Origin: an uncultured delta proteobacterium
Lineage (GTDB): Bacteria; Myxococcota_A; Polyangia; Palsa-1104
NCBI GenBank assembly: GCA_963785725.1
Contig: CAWAWS010000039.1
Location: 544,001 to 608,000 of the forward strand
DNA: 64,000 nt
Direction of reading: 5' to 3'
Numbering within the stretch: position 1 is the first letter of the stretch; every line of letters begins with the position of its first letter. The notes below the pieces were generated by a model. The model saw only the letters and a program-made list of their open reading frames with translations, did no database searches and was not told the origin of the DNA. The position numbers and the translations under genes are program-made. This document shows, piece after piece, positions 9,899-17,565 of this stretch.

Positions 9899-11659
9899 GT
9901 GCCAGCAACGACGACGACGACGACGATGGATCGCGAACGTATCGAAGCGGAAATTGTCGCGTATTTGCAGCGTCACGAGAAGAAGGAGCTGTTGCGCTTC
10001 GTCATCGTCGGCTCGGTCGACGACGGCAAATCGACGCTCATCGGTCGCCTCTTGCACGACTTGAACGCCGTTTACGACGATCAGCTGGCGGCCGTGCAAA
10101 AGGCGACGACGATGGCGGGCGGCGCCATCGACTTCTCGCTCTTCACCGACGGCTTGGCGGCCGAGCGCGAGCAGGGCATCACCATCGACGTCGCCTATCG
10201 CTATTTCGCGACCGAGCGGCGCAAGTTCATCGTCGCCGACACGCCCGGCCACGTGCAGTACACGCGCAACATGGTCACCGGCGCGTCGACCGCCGACGTG
10301 TGCGTCATCCTCATCGACGCGCGCCTCGGCGTGCTCGAGCAGTCGCGGCGGCACGCGTATTTGGCGTCGCTGCTCGGCATTTCGCACCTGCTCGTCGCCG
10401 TCAACAAGATGGATCTGCGCGGCTACGAGCAAGCGGTCTACGACGATATTTGTCGCGATTTGGGCGCATTCGTCGACGCGCTGGCGTTCGAGTCGGTCAC
10501 GTTCGTCCCCATCTGCGCGACCAAAGGCGAGAACCTGGCGACGCCCGCAGCGACGATGCCGTGGTATCGCGGCCCGACGGTGCTCGGCTTCCTCGACGAG
10601 GTGCCGGTCGGGACCAAGGATGACCGCAGCGTCGGCGACTTCCGTTATCCCGTGCAGTACGTCTTGCGGCCCAACCTCGACTATCGCGGCTTCGCGGGCC
10701 AGATCGCGTCGGGCGTCGTGCGCACCGGCGACGCCGTCATGATCTTGCCGTCCGGCCGCCGCTCGAAGGTCAAGGCCATCGACACGTTCGCGGGCGAGCG
10801 CGCCGAAGCCTTCGCGCCCGAGAGCGTGACCTTGCGGCTCGAGGACGAGGTCGACTGCTCGCGCGGCGACATGATCGTGCACGCCGAGCGCCGCCCGCGC
10901 GTCATGCGCACGTTCGACGCGGACATCGTCTGGCTGCACGAGCGCGCGCTCGATCCGCACAAGACCTACCTCTTGAAGCACACGACGCGTACGGTGCGCA
11001 TGCAGGTGGCGCGCGTGCTGTCGAAGATCGACTTGACGACGCTGGAGCCGGTGCCGGCGGAGACGTTGGCGCTGAACGAGATCGGACAGCTGACGCTGAC
11101 CTGTCATCAGCCGCTCTATTTCGACGCCTACACGAAGAATCGCGCGACCGGCTCGTTCATCGTCGTCGACTCGCTGACCAACAGCACCGTCGGCGCCGGC
11201 ATGATCCGCGACGACGCGGCCGCGCAAGACCTCGACGCTGCCTTGCGCGAAGCGCGCGCCGGCGCCGAGGCGTCATCGCGCACGCAGGTCAGCGCCGGCG
11301 AGCGCGCGCAAAAGCTGGGGCAGAGCGGCTTCGCGCTGCTCTTGCACGGCGAGCCGACGGGCGCGCGGACGATCGCGTTCGCGCTCGAGCGGCGGCTCTA
11401 CGATCTCGGCCACGCCGCGCACGTGCTGACGTTCGACGGCGCGCCGGCGGCGGCCGCGCAAGCGCTGGCCGTGCGCGCCTGCAGCGACGCCGGCCTGGTG
11501 ACGATCTGGACCGGCGCCGCCACGGACGCGGCCGCCATCGGCGCCGCGCTCGCCGGCGAAAAGCGTCACGAATTCGCCGTCGCCGCCGACGAGCCGCCGG
11601 CGGCCGCCGTCGCGCGCTTGATCGCCGTCTTGACCGATCACGGCCAGCTCGATCGCTGA
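9899..11659 (+). CDS. cysN: sulfate adenylyltransferase subunit 1 with degenerate C-terminal CysC-like domain
   Basis: [38 protein letters not shown]. Confidence 0.92.
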   Translation: MPATTTTTTMDRERIEAEIVAYLQRHEKKELLRFVIVGSVDDGKSTLIGRLLHDLNAVYDDQLAAVQKATTMAGGAIDFSLFTDGLAAEREQGITIDVAYRYFATERRKFIVADTPGHVQYTRNMVTGASTADVCVILIDARLGVLEQSRRHAYLASLLGISHLLVAVNKMDLRGYEQAVYDDICRDLGAFVDALAFESVTFVPICATKGENLATPAATMPWYRGPTVLGFLDEVPVGTKDDRSVGDFRYPVQYVLRPNLDYRGFAGQIASGVVRTGDAVMILPSGRRSKVKAIDTFAGERAEAFAPESVTLRLEDEVDCSRGDMIVHAERRPRVMRTFDADIVWLHERALDPHKTYLLKHTTRTVRMQVARVLSKIDLTTLEPVPAETLALNEIGQLTLTCHQPLYFDAYTKNRATGSFIVVDSLTNSTVGAGMIRDDAAAQDLDAALREARAGAEASSRTQVSAGERAQKLGQSGFALLLHGEPTGARTIAFALERRLYDLGHAAHVLTFDGAPAAAAQALAVRACSDAGLVTIWTGAATDAAAIGAALAGEKRHEFAVAADEPPAAAVARLIAVLTDHGQLDR

Positions 11660-11752
11660 CGAAGCCGCGCCCGAAAAATAGAGCCGCGATGGTGCGCCGT
11701 CGAGCACACCATCGCGGCTTTGGGGCTACGGATTACCGGCTCCCCGCTCGTG

Positions 11753-11920
11753 TTACATCGGTTTGGCGGGCGGCACGCAGAGCGTGTACGGACGGGTCAC
11801 CGGCGGCGGGTTGGTCGTCGTGTACGTTCCGCCGTCGACCTCACCGAGCTCCTGCGCCGTCAACGTACGAAGCGTCTCGCGGCTGATGCTCAGCTTCTTC
11901 TTGCTCTCGCTCTTTTTCAT
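11753..11920 (-). CDS. 55-aa RiPP precursor with double-glycine leader (class I lanthipeptide-type leader)
   Basis: MKKSESKKKLSISRETLRTLTAQELGEVDGG | TYTTTNPPPVTRPYTLCVPPAKPM. GAGGG RBS. Confidence 0.8.
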   Translation of the reverse strand: MKKSESKKKLSISRETLRTLTAQELGEVDGGTYTTTNPPPVTRPYTLCVPPAKPM

Positions 11921-11972
11921 CGCGTCCCTCCAGAATGCCGTTGCGCCCTTGAACACAGGCGACCGGGCGTTC

Positions 11973-11988
11973 TGCAGAGCGCATGCCT
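11973..11988 (-). promoter_or_regulatory. candidate sigma-54 promoter for the RiPP precursor
   Basis: Minus strand AGGCATGCGCTCTGCA (GG-N10-GC). Imperfect inverted repeat CGTGACG...CGTCACG at 12031-12069. Confidence 0.45.
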
Positions 11989-12175
11989 CCTTTCGCGTGC
12001 GTGCGGTGCGACAAATCGCGCCGCGTCAACCGTGACGCCGCGAACGAACCGCGGCTCGTTCACGTCACGAGGTCACATGTTCCGTCGCGTCGGCGTGGCC
12101 GGCGCGGCAACCAAACGACCCGCGGAGTTGCCGCTGAGGTCGCAGCCTCCTTCGCGCTGCGTCCGGCGCGCCAGC

Positions 12176-12697
12176 TCAATACGGCGCGTCGGCGGCGATC
12201 CACGATTGCCAGAGCTGATACATCGGCGCCGAATCATCCGGGAACGGCTTGCCGCCCGCGTGATCGACGCCGCTCGTCGCGCAGGTCTTGGCCAAGAGCA
12301 GCGACATGGCCGCGTTGTGCGTGTCGACGCAGTCGGCGGGATCGGGCGTGCCCGTCGCGCAGCCGTCGATGAGGTTGAAGTAGTTGGCGCGCAGCACCGT
12401 CTCCGCCGTCGGCGTCGCCGTGAGGACCGGCTGCTGCGTGCCGCCGTGGCACATCGACGTCGTGCAGCCCAGGCTGTCGAACTGCGCCTGAATCTGCGCG
12501 AAGTGCACGGCCACGCCGCCGTCGGTCGTCGGATCCGGCGAGTAGACGAAGGCGAGATCCTGCAGCGGCGTGCCGGCGGCCGTCTTGACCGCCATGTCAC
12601 CGCCATTGCCGTTGTCGATCTGCGGGATGATCTGGTTCAGGCAGCCCGCCGTCAGCATGGCCGTCGCCAACAACACGAAGCTCGGTAACGCGTGCAT
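12176..12697 (-). CDS. lipoprotein with atypical CX4CH heme motif (myxobacterial cytochrome c-like)
   Basis: Lipobox TAGC, CTTSMCH, SLLLAK...HAGG...WIAADAP. Confidence 0.7.
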   Translation of the reverse strand: MHALPSFVLLATAMLTAGCLNQIIPQIDNGNGGDMAVKTAAGTPLQDLAFVYSPDPTTDGGVAVHFAQIQAQFDSLGCTTSMCHGGTQQPVLTATPTAETVLRANYFNLIDGCATGTPDPADCVDTHNAAMSLLLAKTCATSGVDHAGGKPFPDDSAPMYQLWQSWIAADAPY

Positions 12698-12705
12698 GTT
12701 GCGTC

Positions 12706-14199
12706 TCACTTCTGCAGCTCGGTGACCATGAGCTGTTTCTCGGCGTCGGTGACCGTGCGATAGAGCGGCGGCGGCATCACGAGGCGCGTGTCCTGCCCGA
12801 GCTTGATGCGCGCGATGGCCAGGTCCTTCTCCGCCCGCGTCATGCGCGCCAGCTGATCGACGCGGAAGTTGTCGCGCGACACCGCCGGATCCAAGTTCGC
12901 GTTGTGGCACTCCTGGCACACTTGCTGGAGCAGCGTGTTGCCGTCGAGGCCCGCCTTCGGCGCGAAGCCGAGATCGCGCAGGCCGCCGTCGAGGAAGACG
13001 TCGCGGATGTCGGGCAGCGTCGTCTGCGTGCCCGCGAGGTACGACTGATATTGCATCGTCATGAAGGCGAGCTTGTCGGGATCGGTGACCTTGACGTCGT
13101 GATAGGGCGTGGCGATGAACTGCCCAGCGACGGAGTTCATGTAGATGCCTTCCCACACGGCGCTCTTGCCGATGGGCACGTTCACTTCCGGCTGCTGCGG
13201 CGCCGCCGCCTTCAGCTGCGCCTCGATCTCCGCCGACGGGAACGGGTTGGGCTGCGCGCCGAAGCCGTCCTGCACGATCATCTGCGCCATCAAGCCCGGG
13301 TTCGACTTGTCGATCATCGTCGCCGGGATGCCGCCGTAATCCTCGGTGGTGCCGTGCGCGGCGTGGAAGTCTTGGAAGAGCGCCTTGCCGCCTTCGGTCT
13401 GCTGCGACATCCAGTGCGTGAACGGCGCCTCCAGCTCCTGCATGCGCAAGATGGCGTTGCCGGTGTTCTGCGGATCGTGGCAGACGTGGCAGTCGAAGAT
13501 GGTGTTGCCGAGCGACGTCGTCATCTCGTAGACGCGCACGTTGCTCCAGCCGGTCGTGTTCTTCTGCGTCACCAGATCGGTCGTCGTGCAGCCGCCGGGC
13601 AGGAGGTTGCACGCCTGATCGAACAGCACGAGGTAGAAGTTGATGCCGCCCGCCGTCGGATCGTCGACGGCGACCTCGACGAACTGCTCGCCCGGATCGT
13701 ACGCCAGAAACGCGAAGTGGTTGGGCACGCTGCCGTCCGCCGGCGGCGGCGTGAACATGAAAGCCGTGGGCGCGATCGACGACACCTTGCGTGCCGTCAA
13801 CGCCGACGAGTGCGCGAGGATGGCGAAGCCGGGATTGCCGCCGGTGCCGTTCTCGCCCGTCGGATCCTTGAAGTCGAGGTTCAACAGCTTCATCAGATCG
13901 TTCAAGCCGGTCGGCGTCGGCATCACGCCACCGGGCACGAGATCCTGACAAAACACCTTGGTCAACATATCGGCGTCGTCGGGAAAGTTCGGATGCGCGC
14001 CGTCCTGCGCGCACAGCTCGGCGTGCGCGTCGAGCGGGTCCTTGAGCGCCACGAACGAGTCTTCGGGTAAGGTCGGCTGTTGGATCTGCGCGGGCGCGTC
14101 CATCGCCTTGCCGGTGGACATGCACGCCGGCAGTGAGAGCAACAAAAGCGCTCCCGACAAAGAGCGCAAGACCGGATGAAAAGCGTGGCTGGAATTCAT
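12706..14199 (-). CDS. diheme c-type cytochrome lipoprotein of unknown function
   Basis: Lipobox LPAC, CHVCH and CQECH, C-terminal MPP as possible axial ligand. Confidence 0.75.
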   Translation of the reverse strand: MNSSHAFHPVLRSLSGALLLLSLPACMSTGKAMDAPAQIQQPTLPEDSFVALKDPLDAHAELCAQDGAHPNFPDDADMLTKVFCQDLVPGGVMPTPTGLNDLMKLLNLDFKDPTGENGTGGNPGFAILAHSSALTARKVSSIAPTAFMFTPPPADGSVPNHFAFLAYDPGEQFVEVAVDDPTAGGINFYLVLFDQACNLLPGGCTTTDLVTQKNTTGWSNVRVYEMTTSLGNTIFDCHVCHDPQNTGNAILRMQELEAPFTHWMSQQTEGGKALFQDFHAAHGTTEDYGGIPATMIDKSNPGLMAQMIVQDGFGAQPNPFPSAEIEAQLKAAAPQQPEVNVPIGKSAVWEGIYMNSVAGQFIATPYHDVKVTDPDKLAFMTMQYQSYLAGTQTTLPDIRDVFLDGGLRDLGFAPKAGLDGNTLLQQVCQECHNANLDPAVSRDNFRVDQLARMTRAEKDLAIARIKLGQDTRLVMPPPLYRTVTDAEKQLMVTELQK

Positions 14200-14225
14200 G
14201 GGCGTTGACCTCGCCTGCAGCCCAT

Positions 14226-14241
14226 TGCAACCCATATTCCA
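14226..14241 (-). promoter_or_regulatory. sigma-54 promoter of the heme lipoprotein pair
   Basis: Minus strand TGGAATATGGGTTGCA (GG-N10-GC, TTGCA). Confidence 0.6.
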
Positions 14242-14548
14242 CCACCTCGGCTCACGCTAATTCGTTGCGGGACAGGCAGATCGGAAGCGCGGACGATCGC
14301 GCGTAACGCCGAACGGATGAGGGCGCTTTCCCCGTCCTGGTGACCGTCCCACTGAGCAAATCTGTTGGCAGTGACACGTGAGCAACGACCGAAAATAATG
14401 TGAGCAAGCTACAAACTTTCGCGTGTGGGCCGACGCGCTGCGCCGTGTTTCCAATCTGTATCTTTGGACTAGCGTAACCTCGCTTCCATCGAGAAATATT
14501 GGCACTTTTCCGAATAGCAGGGTCACGTACTGCGCACGGAGGCTCCAC

Positions 14549-16786
14549 ATGCGCTGTTGGTTTGCCCTGGCTCTAATCGCGAGCATCGGCTGTTCTTCAT
14601 CACCAAATAAGATGTCGCCCGGCGGCGGCGACATGAGCATGGGCACGGGCGGCAACGGCGACGCCGTCTGCGGCGACGGTAAAGTCGAAGGCACCGAAGA
14701 GTGCGACGACGGCGCCGCCAACGGCGGCAGCGACAAGTGCAACGCGTTCTGCGACTGGAGCTGTAATGCCGACTCGACGTGCGACGACAAGAACGCCTGT
14801 AATGGCGCCGAGACCTGCGTCAACCACGCCTGCGTGCCCGGCACGCCTCCGACGGACGGCACCAGCTGTGGCACTGGCGAGATCTGTGTCGGCGGCACGT
14901 GCAACGCCGCCAAGTGCGGCGACGGCATCGTCACCGCGCCCGAAGAGTGCGACGACGGTAACCTGATCAACGGCGACGGCTGCGATACCGACTGCAAGTT
15001 CAGCTGCGAGTCGACCGACCCGACGCGCGACTGCACGCCCACCGACTCCTGCGCCGGCCAGGGCACCTGCAACGACACGACCCACGTCTGCGCGCCCGGC
15101 ACGCCGCTCGGCGACGGCACCACCTGCCCGACCGGCTTCTGCAAGGGCGGCGCGTGCACGAAGGCCACCTGCGGCAACGGCATCGTCGAGCCGGGCGAGC
15201 AGTGCGACGACGGCGCGCTCAACGGCACCAAGGGCGACGGTTGCACGGCGACGTGCACCTTCGTTTGCCAGAATCCGGCCACCGATTGCGGCGCGGCGCC
15301 CGCGTGCGAGATCTTCGCCTGCGCCGCCAACCACACCTGCTCCGCCGGCCCCGATTCGAGCCAGGACGGCAAGGCCTGCGGCTCCAACTTGGTCTGCAAG
15401 ACGGGCGCGTGCATCGGCGCGGCCGCGGTCTGCGGCAACGGCATCGTCGAGGCCGGTGAGCAGTGCGACTTCGGCGCGGGCAACGGCGCCAACACCGGCT
15501 GCGGCACCAACTGCCAATACTCCTGCCAGACCAGCGCCAACTGCGACGACGGCAACGCCTGCAACGGCGCCGAGACCTGCGGCGCGGTCACCGTGGGCAC
15601 GGGCACCGGCCAGAAGTGCAGCCCGGGCACGGCGCCGCCGAAGGGCACCGCCTGCGGCAGCGGCGGCATCTGCCTCACCACCACCTCGTGCTCGCCGTCG
15701 ACGTGCGGTGACGGCTTCGTCGATCCGAACAAGGGCGAGACCTGCGATCCGCCCGACGGCGTCACCTGCGACACCAGCTGCCACAAGGTCGTCTGCGGCG
15801 ACGGCGTGCGCGCGCCCGGCAGCAAAGAGCAGTGCGATGACGGCAACACGACCAACCTCGACGGCTGCGACAGCAACTGCAAGTTCGAGCAGGTGCAGCG
15901 CGCCAACTCGCTGACGATGTCGTTCAACAAGAGCGTGTGCGCGACGAACCAGCTTGGCGCCGCCATCTCCGACCCGCTCGTGGCCCAGCCCGACCTGCAG
16001 ATGGCGCTCACCAGCGGCATCGCCGACGGCTCGGTCACCATCGAGCTGGCGTTCAACGGCCTCGACGATCTCACCGGCACGTCGTCGACGCTGCCGTTCA
16101 CGCTCGGCGTCCTGCACGCGACGCCGGCGACGGGCACCGGCTACAACGGCGCCAGCGATCTCGACTGGTGGTATCCGACCGACACTGCCTCGATCAACGC
16201 CAATCGCCAGGCCACCAGCGTGCTCATGAACGGCAAGTTCGCGGCCTCGAAGCTGACGACCGATCCGGGCACGGCCATCCTCGGCCTCGTGCTGGCCGGC
16301 TCGCCCGCGTCGCTGACGATGTACAACACCGTCATGACCGCGTCGGTGACCGCGGCGGCGACCGCGCCGACGATCTCGACCGGTGGCAGCACGCCGGGCC
16401 ATCTGACGAGCGAGAACCTCGATCCGACGCTCAAGTCGTTCCCGTCCATGACCGGCGGCAAGCTCTGCGGCGACGTCAGCGCCGGCTCGCTCGCCAACGT
16501 CATCATGCCCGACGCGCTCATCCAGAACTGCAACGAGGGCTATACGACGAGCAACCACCTCATCGACGCCATCGTCAACGGCTGCACCAAGACGATCATC
16601 GGCCCGTACACCGTCATCGCCAAGACGCAGCCGGACGGCTCGACCGACGGCAAGAAGTACACCTTCACCGTCACCGGCAACTCCGTCACCGGCTGCACCG
16701 GCGGCGCCGCGTGGCCGACCTGCCTCACCAACGCCTGGTACTCGGGCGCGTTCCAGTTCACCGCCGATCGCGTCATCGCCAAGTAA
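14549..16786 (+). CDS. cysteine-rich repeat (DUF4215) lipoprotein with unknown C-terminal domain
   Basis: GGAGG RBS, lipobox SIGC, six CG(D/N)G...E.CD repeats. Confidence 0.85.
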   Translation: MRCWFALALIASIGCSSSPNKMSPGGGDMSMGTGGNGDAVCGDGKVEGTEECDDGAANGGSDKCNAFCDWSCNADSTCDDKNACNGAETCVNHACVPGTPPTDGTSCGTGEICVGGTCNAAKCGDGIVTAPEECDDGNLINGDGCDTDCKFSCESTDPTRDCTPTDSCAGQGTCNDTTHVCAPGTPLGDGTTCPTGFCKGGACTKATCGNGIVEPGEQCDDGALNGTKGDGCTATCTFVCQNPATDCGAAPACEIFACAANHTCSAGPDSSQDGKACGSNLVCKTGACIGAAAVCGNGIVEAGEQCDFGAGNGANTGCGTNCQYSCQTSANCDDGNACNGAETCGAVTVGTGTGQKCSPGTAPPKGTACGSGGICLTTTSCSPSTCGDGFVDPNKGETCDPPDGVTCDTSCHKVVCGDGVRAPGSKEQCDDGNTTNLDGCDSNCKFEQVQRANSLTMSFNKSVCATNQLGAAISDPLVAQPDLQMALTSGIADGSVTIELAFNGLDDLTGTSSTLPFTLGVLHATPATGTGYNGASDLDWWYPTDTASINANRQATSVLMNGKFAASKLTTDPGTAILGLVLAGSPASLTMYNTVMTASVTAAATAPTISTGGSTPGHLTSENLDPTLKSFPSMTGGKLCGDVSAGSLANVIMPDALIQNCNEGYTTSNHLIDAIVNGCTKTIIGPYTVIAKTQPDGSTDGKKYTFTVTGNSVTGCTGGAAWPTCLTNAWYSGAFQFTADRVIAK

Positions 16787-16806
16787 TTCGTCACGATTAA
16801 CGCGGG

Positions 16807-16851
16807 CGCGGCTCCGGAGCATTTGACAGCTCCGGAGCCGCGTGCCAGCGT
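16807..16851. promoter_or_regulatory. 14-bp perfect hairpin overlapping a sigma-70 promoter
   Basis: CGCGGCTCCGGAGC-ATTTGACA-GCTCCGGAGCCGCG. TTGACA at 16823-16828, 17-bp spacer, TGc-CAGCGT extended -10. Confidence 0.6.
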
Positions 16852-16857
16852 CCTTGG

Positions 16858-17475
16858 GTGAACCGACACGCGTTCGAACAAGCCGTTTTGCACCTGTGGA
16901 TGACGACGCGGGTGCCGTTCACGCGGGCAAACCTGCAGTTTTACACCGGCATTCAACGAACGAAGCTGGAGTCGTGGCTCGACGAGCTGGTCGGCTCGGG
17001 CGTGCTCGAGGTCGACAGCGACGACGCCGGCGAGCTCGTCTGGAGCGTCATCGGCGCGCAGCGCGCGACCAACGGCACCACCGACGCCGCCGCGGCCAAG
17101 AAGCTGCAGCAGCTCAAAGGCGAGATCAGCCCCAGCCGCGCGCTCGTCAAGCACGCGCCCAGCCTCTTGGCCGCCCTCGGCGGCAGCGGCGCGCACGGCG
17201 GCGAGAAGAAGTCGCTCATCGCGTCGGGCGCGCTGTCGTTCTTCTTGGGCCCGGTCGGCTGGCTCTACGCGGCGCCGCTGAAGGAGACGATCCCGGCCAT
17301 CTTCGTCTTCCTCGTGCTCATGAACGTGCTGCCGCACATCATCTTGTTGCCGCTGCTCAGCCTCATCATGCCGCTGAGCGCGGCGGCCGGCGCAGTCTAC
17401 GCCTGGCGCCACAACCAGCGCGGCGAGCGCACCTCCATGCTCGACCTCGGCCGCACGCTCCCGCCGCGCCGTTAA
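16858..17475 (+). CDS. hypothetical membrane protein (soluble helical N-terminus, C-terminal TM segments)
   Basis: Strong GC3 codon bias and hydrophobic C-terminal helices. Confidence 0.7.
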   Translation: MNRHAFEQAVLHLWMTTRVPFTRANLQFYTGIQRTKLESWLDELVGSGVLEVDSDDAGELVWSVIGAQRATNGTTDAAAAKKLQQLKGEISPSRALVKHAPSLLAALGGSGAHGGEKKSLIASGALSFFLGPVGWLYAAPLKETIPAIFVFLVLMNVLPHIILLPLLSLIMPLSAAAGAVYAWRHNQRGERTSMLDLGRTLPPRR

Positions 17476-17565
17476 TATTCGTCGCCAACCGCGAACTATT
17501 TCGCGGCTGCGGTGCTTCTTGCGAAACCGGCGCGCCTCGGGCGTCATGTCGGACAGGAGGTCTCC

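Noticed and set aside
9907..9926. (ACG)n microsatellite at the cysN start as a phase-variation switch
   Set aside because: A trinucleotide unit keeps the frame, and the tract is short.
8932..10623. Apparent 563-aa extended CysD
   Set aside because: Artefact of the +1 frameshift. The true C-terminus ends at 9895.
8977..11920. Idea that cysDN supplies PAPS to sulfate the precursor's tyrosines
   Set aside because: No sulfotransferase nearby, the APS kinase tail is degenerate, and the genes are convergent.
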